From: Edaphobacter sp.
GTDB taxonomy: Bacteria > Acidobacteriota > Terriglobia > Terriglobales > Acidobacteriaceae
Direction: 5' to 3'
DNA length: 64,000 nt
Assembly (NCBI RefSeq): GCF_035763405.1
Contig: NZ_DASUBE010000083.1
Span: 4,109-68,108 of the forward strand
Part shown: piece by piece, positions 49,158 to 56,293 of the stretch
How the letters are laid out: every line of letters begins with the position of its first letter
How positions within the stretch are numbered: position 1 is the first letter of the stretch
The notes under the pieces: model-generated
What the model was told of the DNA's origin: nothing
The model's database searches: none
Seen by the model: the letters and a program-made list of their open reading frames with translations, nothing else
Program-made: the position numbers and the translations under genes

Positions 49158-49673
49158 ATGAAGTACCTCTCGCTCATCCTCCTCCTTCTCATGCCCCTCA
49201 CCGGCTGCGGCTACCACCAGGCCGGCTCCGCGACGCACATTCCCGCGAACGTTCGCACGCTCGCCGTGCCCATCTTCACCACGCACGCCCAGGCCTTCCA
49301 CACCGAGATGGCCTTCACCCAGGCCGTCATCCGCGAACTGAACACCCGCACCCGCTACCGCATCCTCAACTCCGACACCCCCAATGCCGACGCCACCCTC
49401 ACCGGCACCATCCTCTCCCAGACCGTCGCCCCGCTCACTTACGACGCCGCCACCGGCCAGTCCTCCAGCTACCTGCTCAGCATCACCGCCAAAGTCGTCC
49501 TCACTGCGCACGATGGCCGCGTCCTCTACCGCAACGACCGCATCCTCTACCGCGAGCAGTACCAGTCCACCCAGGACCTCAACGGCTTCATCCAGGAAGA
49601 TAACGCCGCCGTCAACCGTGTCGCAAAAGACTTCGCCCAGACCGTCGTCAGCGATATGCTGGAGTCGTTCTGA
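49158..49673 (+). CDS. lptE: LPS-assembly lipoprotein LptE-like
   Basis: The lipobox is PLTGCGY, and the 171 aa product has a beta-rich pattern. Its stop overlaps the holA start in an ATGA, matching the conserved lptE-holA arrangement. Confidence 0.65.
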   Translation: MKYLSLILLLLMPLTGCGYHQAGSATHIPANVRTLAVPIFTTHAQAFHTEMAFTQAVIRELNTRTRYRILNSDTPNADATLTGTILSQTVAPLTYDAATGQSSSYLLSITAKVVLTAHDGRVLYRNDRILYREQYQSTQDLNGFIQEDNAAVNRVAKDFAQTVVSDMLESF

Positions 49674-51046
49674 TGACCACGTCCCTCAAATCCTTCGCCT
49701 CCACCGACCGATTCATCGCGGAGATCAGTTCGCCCGCCACCCCGGCGATCCGTCCCGGCTACGTCCTCCTCGGCGACGAAATCTTCCTCTACGACCGCTG
49801 CCGAAAAGCGATCCTCAGCACACTCGTCCCCGAAGACGCCCGCGACTTCTCGCTCCACGACCTCGACCTCGCCGAGACCAGCATCTTCGAGATCCTCGAC
49901 CGCGCCCAGACCCCATCGCTGATGGCTCCATTCCAGGTCCTCTTCGTCCGCAACCTCAAGCAGCTCTACACACGCGGCAGCAAGAAGGAAGAATTCGCCG
50001 CCATCGACAGCTACTTCCGCTCGCCCAACCCGCAAGCCGTCATCCTCTTCGTCGCGGACCACCTCCGCATCCCCACCGACTTGCGCAAGATGGACTACCA
50101 GGACAAGGAACGTTACGAAAAAATCCGCGAGACCCTCGGCGACTGGTGCGGCCTCGTTGAACTCGCCCGCGTCGACGAAAACGACGCCGTCAAATGGGTG
50201 ACGACGACTGCCGAATCTCGCAACATCCGCTTCGACCCCGACGCCGCCCGCGAGCTGGTCGACGCCCTCGGCGCCGACATGATGCTCATCGCCTCCGAGT
50301 TCGAAAAACTCCTCCTCTACGTCTCCGCCCCGCCACTAGACCGGGTGCCCCAGGTCCCGCCTTTGGGACCTGGGATCGAAGCGCCACAAATCCAAAATGA
50401 AGGTGTCATCCTGAGCGAAGAGCGCAGCCCGGAGTCGAAGGACCTGCGGTTGTCTTCCTCCGCGCCAGCCACCCAATCCCGGGTGCCCCATCCTTCGCAG
50501 TCTCACCGCGAGGGGTGGGATGAGACAAAGCCCGCCCCTCCCGCATTAGCCCGCAACCGAGTCACCCTCGGCGACGTCGAAACCATGGTCCTCGCGGCCA
50601 AGCAGCGCAGCCTCTACGAACTCACCGACGCCATCAGCGCAAAAGACCGTCCCCGCGCGCTCCAGCTCCTGCATGGCCTGCTCAATGCCTCCGACGGAGG
50701 AGAAGACGCGGCCATCGGCCACCTGTACATGCTGGCCCGAACCTTCCGCCAGATGCTCATCATCCAGGAGAAAAACGTCCGCGACTCACGCGCCATCTGG
50801 CAGGCCTTATGGCAAGGCTTCCGGATGCCCCCCTTCGCCGCCGAAGACCTCATCCGCCAGGCCCGCCGCTACAAATCCCGCCGCGACCTCACCCGCGCCA
50901 TCCGCCTGGTAGCCCGCGCCGACCTCGAACTCCGCTCCAGCCCCGCCAACAAACTCCTCGTCCTCGAACGCCTCATCCTCGACCTATCCACCGAACCCAA
51001 ACCCAACACCTACGACCCCACCCACCAGTTCGCCATGGAGCTGTAG
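49673..51046 (+). CDS. holA: DNA polymerase III subunit delta, with an in-frame repeat-derived insertion of about 75 aa
   Basis: YVLLGDEIFL, then domain I-III patterns, then EFEKLLLY...VTLGDVETMV...SLYELTDAI fit HolA. The 457 aa length exceeds the usual roughly 330-350 aa. Confidence 0.8.
   Translation: MTTSLKSFASTDRFIAEISSPATPAIRPGYVLLGDEIFLYDRCRKAILSTLVPEDARDFSLHDLDLAETSIFEILDRAQTPSLMAPFQVLFVRNLKQLYTRGSKKEEFAAIDSYFRSPNPQAVILFVADHLRIPTDLRKMDYQDKERYEKIRETLGDWCGLVELARVDENDAVKWVTTTAESRNIRFDPDAARELVDALGADMMLIASEFEKLLLYVSAPPLDRVPQVPPLGPGIEAPQIQNEGVILSEERSPESKDLRLSSSAPATQSRVPHPSQSHREGWDETKPAPPALARNRVTLGDVETMVLAAKQRSLYELTDAISAKDRPRALQLLHGLLNASDGGEDAAIGHLYMLARTFRQMLIIQEKNVRDSRAIWQALWQGFRMPPFAAEDLIRQARRYKSRRDLTRAIRLVARADLELRSSPANKLLVLERLILDLSTEPKPNTYDPTHQFAMEL
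50343..50524 (+). repeat. REP-B / REP-A / REP-B composite inside holA
   Basis: The composite has three parts. The first is 50343-50378, GGGTGCCCCAGGTCCCGCCTTTGGGACCTGGGATCG. The second is 50404-50449, GTCATCCTGAGCGAAGAGCGCAGCCCGGAGTCGAAGGACCTGCGG. The third is 50481-50524, GGGTGCCCCATCCTTCGCAGTCTCACCGCGAGGGGTGGGATGAG. Confidence 0.8.
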
Positions 51047-51084
51047 ACAATTTGGAGGGTGTAGATTTGTCCACGGGAGCCTAC

Positions 51085-52149
51085 ATGCAAGAAATTGATA
51101 CTTGGGACATAGACAAGACGGAAGAATCAGAAGAAGACGAGCAAGATCTGCAAGCTTTCCGCATCTCCTATTATCCTGCCGATTTAACCCTCAGAGGATA
51201 CCTAGATAAATGGAATGCCAAACAACTCATCATCCCTAAGTTTCAACGTTCTTATGTTTGGGATCAGGTGAAGGCGAGCAAGTTAATAGAATCTTTTCTT
51301 CTGGGCTTGCCGGTACCCGGCGTCTTTCTCTACAAGGAACGGAACACCAATAAGCTGCAAGTTGTGGACGGCCAACAACGTATTTTGACAGCCGTCCGTT
51401 TTTTTGCGAACGAATTCGACGAGAAGATATTCAGACTTAAGGGAGTCTTGCCTAAATGGAATGGCAAGACCTATCAAGAGCTTCCCGAATCTGATCGACT
51501 TCAACTCGATGACACGGTGTTGCGTGCCACCGTCATTCAACAGCTCGATCCCGAGGACGACTCAAGTATTTTTCATATCTTTGAACGTTTGAATACTGGC
51601 GGAATTAATTTGAACCCGATGGAAATCAGGAAGTGCGTGTACAGTGGCGTTTTTTTTGATCTTCTTGATGCTTTGAACTCCGCGCCAGAATGGCGAAAAC
51701 TTATCGGCCAGCCGAAGCTCGACAAGCGAATTCGTGACAGTGAGCTCCTCCTTCGCGTACTCGCACTCAGTCGGGAGTGGTCAACTTACCAAAAACCGAT
51801 GAAACGTTTTTTGAGTTCGTTTTTAGCGAAGGCTAACAAACGCTTCAAAGTTGAAGGTGATCCGGCACTCCGGGCTGAGCAGACGAAGTGGACCGAAACG
51901 CTCCACTTTGCGCTCGCGCAACTGGGGGAGAAGCCTTTTCACCTACGTGGAAGGCTCAATTATGCGGCTCTGGACTCAACGCTAATCGCGGCACATTTAG
52001 CACAAGATCGAAATGTCACTAATTTCGGCGAAAGATATGCCGAGCTCATCAGGCAGGAAGATTATCTTCATTGGGTCACGCAGGATACAAGTGACGATAA
52101 AGTAATTAAGAGCCGAATAGGCAAAGCAATTTCTTGGTTATCAGAGTAA
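51085..52149 (+). CDS. DUF262 (ParB/Srx-like nuclease-fold) domain protein
   Basis: IIPKFQRSYVWDQVKASKLIESFLLGLPVPGVFLY...LQVVDGQQRILTAVRFF is the DUF262 signature including DGQQR. No DUF1524/His-Me C-terminal half is evident. An alternative TTG start lies at 51067. Confidence 0.8.
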   Translation: MQEIDTWDIDKTEESEEDEQDLQAFRISYYPADLTLRGYLDKWNAKQLIIPKFQRSYVWDQVKASKLIESFLLGLPVPGVFLYKERNTNKLQVVDGQQRILTAVRFFANEFDEKIFRLKGVLPKWNGKTYQELPESDRLQLDDTVLRATVIQQLDPEDDSSIFHIFERLNTGGINLNPMEIRKCVYSGVFFDLLDALNSAPEWRKLIGQPKLDKRIRDSELLLRVLALSREWSTYQKPMKRFLSSFLAKANKRFKVEGDPALRAEQTKWTETLHFALAQLGEKPFHLRGRLNYAALDSTLIAAHLAQDRNVTNFGERYAELIRQEDYLHWVTQDTSDDKVIKSRIGKAISWLSE

Positions 52150-52152
52150 AAG

Positions 52153-52620
52153 ATGGGCTCAGCTTTAATTCGATCTAAAGCTCAGTTGGAAGACTGCGAA
52201 AAACATCTCGCCGATACAGCCTGTGAGGGCTCTCCAATCGAAGCATACCTCACCCAATACCTCGTGGTTATTCTGTGTGCGGATATTCAACAAGAGATTT
52301 ATAGACTCGTCGCCTTGCGTACAAGCACTCTCGCCGACGAGGGAGTCAAGGCATACATAGCAGCAAGCGTCGTGCGTATTGTCAGAAGTGTCGGTAAATC
52401 AGACATCTCCAAGCTACTAGCGATGTTTGGTGATGAGACCAAGAACAATTTCAACGATCAACTAGATGACAAGGACGTTAGCCTGTATAGCAATGCTGTA
52501 GGTGACAGACACGACGTTGCCCATAAGCAGGGTTCTCAAATAACTCTTAGGGAACTGCAAGACGCAATTGGTGCTGCTGAAAGAATACTTATGGCGGTCG
52601 AAGTGGCTTTATTAAGTTGA
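52153..52620 (+). CDS. HEPN-like small helical protein (RiboL-PSP-HEPN-like)
   Basis: The 155 aa product starts 3 nt after the DUF262 stop and has an all-helical heptad-like composition. An R-x4-H motif, GDRHDVAH, covers residues 119-124 (nt 52507-52524) in the C-terminal third. The family call is from memory of the HEPN layout. Confidence 0.6.
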   Translation: MGSALIRSKAQLEDCEKHLADTACEGSPIEAYLTQYLVVILCADIQQEIYRLVALRTSTLADEGVKAYIAASVVRIVRSVGKSDISKLLAMFGDETKNNFNDQLDDKDVSLYSNAVGDRHDVAHKQGSQITLRELQDAIGAAERILMAVEVALLS

Positions 52621-52639
52621 TGTAATCAACCGCTTTGCC

Positions 52640-52675
52640 GGGTGCCCATACATCGATTCTGATGTGTGGGCATCG
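52640..52675 (+). repeat. REP-B-like hairpin at the right end of the DUF262/HEPN segment
   Basis: GGGTGCCCATACATCGATTCTGATGTGTGGGCATCG has stems GCCCATACATC / GATGTGTGGGC. Confidence 0.6.
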
Positions 52676-52708
52676 TCCGAAGGACGACTCCACTCTAACG
52701 GCCACAGG

Positions 52709-52761
52709 CACCCAAACCGCCCCCCTACGACCCCACCCACCAGTTCGCCATGGAACTCTGA
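52709..52761 (+). repeat. Duplicate of the holA 3' end (copy 2)
   Basis: The 30 bp core CTACGACCCCACCCACCAGTTCGCCATGGA (52725-52754) is identical to 51010-51039. It encodes PYDPTHQFAMEL and then TGA, with synonymous differences from holA. Confidence 0.85.
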
Positions 52762-52915
52762 TCGCATGGAAACAATCGTCCGCCACTGACTCATCGCGGC
52801 CAGCTGGCATCCAGCGAAAGCGGATTGCCTCCGATTCATCCCTTCCGCATGGCATCTCACCCGGTGCATATCGGCATCAACTGTTAAAGGACTCGTTGAT
52901 TCGGAGGAATCAGAA

Positions 52916-53389
52916 ATGAAACATATTCTTTCATCCGTCTGCTGCATGACTCTCTGCTTGACGCCTGCCTTGGCTCAAGCGAAGACCGCAAAAGGGCCGG
53001 CAATGAGCGACCAGAAATTTGTCGATCTCGCCGCGCAAACTGACATGGTAGAAGCCAATCTTGGGCAGTTGGCGCAATCCGCAGCCTCCTCGCAGTCAGT
53101 AAAGGATTATGCCCAGACGCTGGTCACCGATCACACCAAAGACTTCAACCAGCTATACGATGTCGCACATCAGGCCAGCCTCAACAGGCCCGACGCGATC
53201 GACGCCGCGCACAATAAAGCGATGATCGCTCCTTTTCAAAAGTTGAAAGGCGCTGCCTTCGATCGCCGTTATATCCATGAGATGGTTGCCGGCCATACCC
53301 AGGCAATCGCCATCTACAAAAAGGAAGCGTCAGACGCAGAAAACGCGGCCCTGAAATCCTATGCAGAAGAGGCTTTGCCCGTCCTGTAG
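52916..53389 (+). CDS. DUF4142 domain protein (secreted), truncated by an in-frame TAG
   Basis: A signal peptide is followed by FVDLAAQTDMVEANLGQLA...DHTKDF...FDRRYIHEMVAGHTQAI...YAEEALPVL. The reading frame continues after the TAG as KHLDDAKALEKAK up to TAA at 53429-53431. Confidence 0.7.
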   Translation: MKHILSSVCCMTLCLTPALAQAKTAKGPAMSDQKFVDLAAQTDMVEANLGQLAQSAASSQSVKDYAQTLVTDHTKDFNQLYDVAHQASLNRPDAIDAAHNKAMIAPFQKLKGAAFDRRYIHEMVAGHTQAIAIYKKEASDAENAALKSYAEEALPVL

Positions 53390-53765
53390 AAGCATCTCGA
53401 TGACGCCAAGGCTCTGGAGAAAGCGAAGTAACCAACCGGATGCCCCCTCATTGCCCGCCCTCAAAGCGGACAAGTGCGTCCATCCATGCAAACGCTCGGA
53501 CGCTTCGCCAAAGCCACAGACTCCCGATTGCTGATCCGCTTTGAAGGCCATCCCGCAAAACGGGCAGTAAGTTAGGGCTGTTCTCTCGAAGGTGCAGAAG
53601 CACAACCTTCAAGGTCCGAAGGACCGGACCATACCGGCCAAGGGCGCAGCCCTGGGGTTTGAAGCCAGTTGAATACGAAAAGGCTGAAAGCCCGCTCTAT
53701 AACTTTGAGTGATGCTGTAGAGTCTTTTCGACGCAGCGAAGGTGCGGCCATCGCTACGCTACCTC

Positions 53766-53863
53766 GGCAAACAAGCTCCTGGTCCTTGAACCTCTTATCC
53801 TCGACCTCTCCACCGAACCCAAACCCGCCGCTTATGAACCACCAGTTCGCCACGGAACTGTAA
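53766..53863 (+). repeat. Degenerate duplicate of the last ~100 nt of holA (copy 3)
   Basis: GGCAAACAAGCTCCTGGTCCTTGAACCTCTTATCCTCGACCTCTCCACCGAACCCAAACCC...CACCAGTTCGCCACGGAACTGTAA aligns with 50945-51046. It carries an internal indel of about 4 nt and ends in TAA. Confidence 0.8.
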
Positions 53864-53880
53864 CCTTTTACCAAGAATCG

Positions 53881-54864
53881 TTATCGGGTATTTCCGGAAA
53901 CATGAGGCCCCAGGAACTTGTCCCCGTTAAAGTGGATGAGATGATCGGGAGATTCGGCAATCCATACCTCAGTCTCCCATGCAATCTCACGCGCAAATTT
54001 CCTAAATGCGGCACGAGACAGGAATGCGCTGACATAGATAATGTCAGCACTGCATTCTTTCGTGAGTTGCTCCAAGACCCTCTTTCTCAGCTCGGTAATT
54101 GGGTTGGCGGAATGAACGGCCTCGATCAAGAACAACCAGTTCTTGCTGCCGGAATAAGCTAAGACATCCGGCAATTTGTTGTGAGAAAGCTCAAAGAAAC
54201 CCAGTCCCATCAACCGATTCGCCTGGACGAAAAGAAGCTTTTCTTCTGTATCGCCAACATACAAAACCTCTGCCACATATCCAAAACGCGGAAGAAAATC
54301 CTCGATAATAGCCTTTTGCAGTTCATTGTGCTCGCCCGGCCCAAACCGTAACACGCTCGACCCTACAGTAATAGGAATGAGCCCCTGTAGTCGTGTCTTC
54401 TTCAACTGGTCGGCCAGCTTCTCCTTCCCCGCAAGAAACTGAGCCAACCGCACGTCCCAATCCGGCGATCGATAGGACCGGAGCAACGTCGCCGCTTCCG
54501 AACTGAGGGCGTAGCGTCTCGTTCCATCGTTCGTTGCGGCTCCTACTTTGCCGGCGCTCTTCAAGACGATACCCGCTTCGACGGGAAGCAGAAGGTCTTT
54601 CCTCCGGATATCGTCGTATGATCCGGAAGAGATCTCTTCTCCCAGATATTGATTCATCCAGCGGATTACATCTCGCGAGCGCAGCCTATTGTCAGCACTG
54701 GCTTCGGACCAATCCATCCCCGGTTTCATTCCGGCAACTGAGAGAAAGGCCTTTGCCATCCGGACCCGGCGGCGTTCTGTCACACCATCCAGAGGTATCC
54801 CAATCGCGGCCAAAGCACACAGGGCATCCCTTACCAATGTTTCCAGCCTGCTTCTTCGCGTCAA
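53881..54864 (-). CDS. Type II restriction endonuclease, BsuBI/PstI family-like
   Basis: The C-terminal block GPGEHNELQKAIIEDFLPRFGYVAEVLYVGDT...KLPDVLAY...NWLFLIEAV...AWETEVWIAESPDHLIHFNGDKFLGP matches my memory of the BsuBI_PstI_RE domain. The TTG start at 54864 has AGGAG 5 nt upstream and lies 8 nt after the methyltransferase stop. The track ORF starts at the ATG at 54939. Confidence 0.7.
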   Translation of the reverse strand: MTRRSRLETLVRDALCALAAIGIPLDGVTERRRVRMAKAFLSVAGMKPGMDWSEASADNRLRSRDVIRWMNQYLGEEISSGSYDDIRRKDLLLPVEAGIVLKSAGKVGAATNDGTRRYALSSEAATLLRSYRSPDWDVRLAQFLAGKEKLADQLKKTRLQGLIPITVGSSVLRFGPGEHNELQKAIIEDFLPRFGYVAEVLYVGDTEEKLLFVQANRLMGLGFFELSHNKLPDVLAYSGSKNWLFLIEAVHSANPITELRKRVLEQLTKECSADIIYVSAFLSRAAFRKFAREIAWETEVWIAESPDHLIHFNGDKFLGPHVSGNTR

Positions 54865-54872
54865 AATTTCTC

Positions 54873-55943
54873 CTAAATAAGTTCCAACGATGCTTGAACA
54901 GGCGACCAGCACTCTCGTATGGATTCGTCGTTGAGCCATTGAGATTGGTCGAGATATGCTCTGACGCTCTTTGCTAGAGCAAAGGCAAACATTGGCGGGA
55001 CAGCATTGCCCACCTGATTGAACTGGCTGCTCTCGCCACCGCAGAATTCGAACCAGTCCGGAAAACTCTGGAGTCGCGCACCCTCACGGACTGTCAAGCG
55101 TCTACGCCTTCCACTCGGCAGCTTTATTCTTTGCATGTCGCCCGTAGCGCCGCCGAGGTTCCTGCAAGTTATGGTGCGCGATGGACGATTCGGATCAAGA
55201 TCCCGAGGATTGATGCACTTGGAGGCCCTCTCATACTTGGCCACATAATCGTCCATACTTTGTGTCAGATACTTTCCTTCGGCAGGTTCGGAAAACAAGA
55301 ATCCGCCGAGGGCCCGTCCCACTGTAATAACCTCGGAACTCTTCTCCGGGAACTTAAAGCCTCCTTTGTGTCCGACAACGATGAGACGTTCACGGCTCTG
55401 CGGCACCAAATAGTGAGAAGCATTCAGCAACTTCGCGTCGACCACGTATCCAAAGCGCTCAAGCCTCTGAATGATCTGGTCCAGATACCAGCGATTCTTG
55501 TAGAGAAGCCCTCGCACATTTTCAAACATCCATAACTTCGGCTGTAGCCGTTCCACAGCTGCAATAAACGCAGGGAATCCATCCCTGGAGTCCTCAAGGC
55601 CTAGTTGATGACCTCCAACGCTGAATGGCTGGCAAGGCGGCCCACCGATCACGATGTCGGCAACGGGGAATTCCGTCTCCACTGTGATGAATTGCTCCGC
55701 ACAACTCCCATGCAGATTCGCACGATAGGTCGCGCAACAGTCAGCATTCGCCTCATACCCAATCGTGTCGAATCCAGCCGCCTCGAAACCCAGAGCAAAG
55801 CCACCGCATCCCGCAAACAAGTCTAAGACTGTTTCCTTTCGCCAGATCGCGGGGCAAAGCAAATTGTCCACTGTTTGCGGGTAGTCTGCACCGCTCTTAG
55901 AAGACAGAAGTTGATGATTCGTGCCGTGCATAACGCCTCTCAT
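54873..55943 (-). CDS. dcm: DNA (cytosine-5)-methyltransferase
   Basis: It has motif I LDLFAGCGGF, motif IV GGPPCQPFS, motif VI ENVRGL, motif VIII QSRERL and motif X GNAVPP. Confidence 0.95.
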   Translation of the reverse strand: MRGVMHGTNHQLLSSKSGADYPQTVDNLLCPAIWRKETVLDLFAGCGGFALGFEAAGFDTIGYEANADCCATYRANLHGSCAEQFITVETEFPVADIVIGGPPCQPFSVGGHQLGLEDSRDGFPAFIAAVERLQPKLWMFENVRGLLYKNRWYLDQIIQRLERFGYVVDAKLLNASHYLVPQSRERLIVVGHKGGFKFPEKSSEVITVGRALGGFLFSEPAEGKYLTQSMDDYVAKYERASKCINPRDLDPNRPSRTITCRNLGGATGDMQRIKLPSGRRRRLTVREGARLQSFPDWFEFCGGESSQFNQVGNAVPPMFAFALAKSVRAYLDQSQWLNDESIRECWSPVQASLELI

Positions 55944-56163
55944 AGAGTCATCGACGCATCGAAATCCGGAGCAATATAAGTAATCCCAAGCAGGTTCTGG
56001 CCGCCGACTCGCCTCGCTGGCGTCGGCTCCTTAGCAACAACCGGTACCAGCTTCATCGCCGGATGTCCCTTCCGCTCAATCACAATCTCTTCCCCACGCT
56101 CGGCACGGTCCAGCAACTCCCCAGATGCTCCTGCGCTTCCCTCATTGCAACGGAACTCGCCAT
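55940..56163 (-). pseudogene. Phd/YefM-type antitoxin remnant (frameshifted, probably 3'-truncated)
   Basis: GGAGG sits 6 nt upstream of the ATG at 56163, which gives MASSVAMREAQEHLG. The family-typical continuation ELLDRAERGEEIVIERKGHPAMKLVPV...APDFDA is in the adjacent frame. The switch occurs at a G4 run (plus-strand CCCC at 56119-56122). Confidence 0.6.
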
Positions 56164-56293
56164 CGCGCACCTCCACTTAAAACCAGTATAGCGGGCGTCT
56201 ATATCTCGTAAATCTCCGGCTTTCGACGGGCACCACACCAGCCCCAAATCCATATACCCTAACCAGAGCACTTCGCGCCACGGAGCAGGCACC

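Larger units (their letters stand above)
51047..56176. other. AT-richer accessory hotspot (defence islet) between holA and the AI-2E transporter gene
   Basis: Hand counts on sampled 60 nt lines give about 37-53% GC here versus about 60% in holA. It contains DUF262+HEPN, truncated DUF4142, R-M genes, a Phd remnant and two extra copies of the holA 3' end. No integrase or transposase ORF was seen. Confidence 0.7.

Noticed and set aside
50327-50551. Intein or mobile protein-domain insertion in holA
   Set aside because: There are no intein junction residues or endonuclease blocks. The DNA is a concatenation of repeat elements that also occur in intergenic regions, so a repeat-insertion origin explains it better.
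53330-53605. 91 aa minus-strand ORF with a CPFCG-like motif downstream of the DUF4142 gene
   Set aside because: It overlaps the 3' end of the DUF4142 gene, has no ribosome-binding site or recognisable family, and lies in what looks like degenerate filler DNA. It may be a gene fragment, but I cannot support it.
51047-56176. Integrase, transposase or tRNA target that would make the hotspot a classical genomic island or prophage remnant
   Set aside because: I checked all listed ORFs in and around the interval on both strands. None shows tyrosine or serine recombinase or DDE motifs, and the tRNA-Ala is 13 kb away. I therefore report only the holA 3' duplications and not a defined mobile element.
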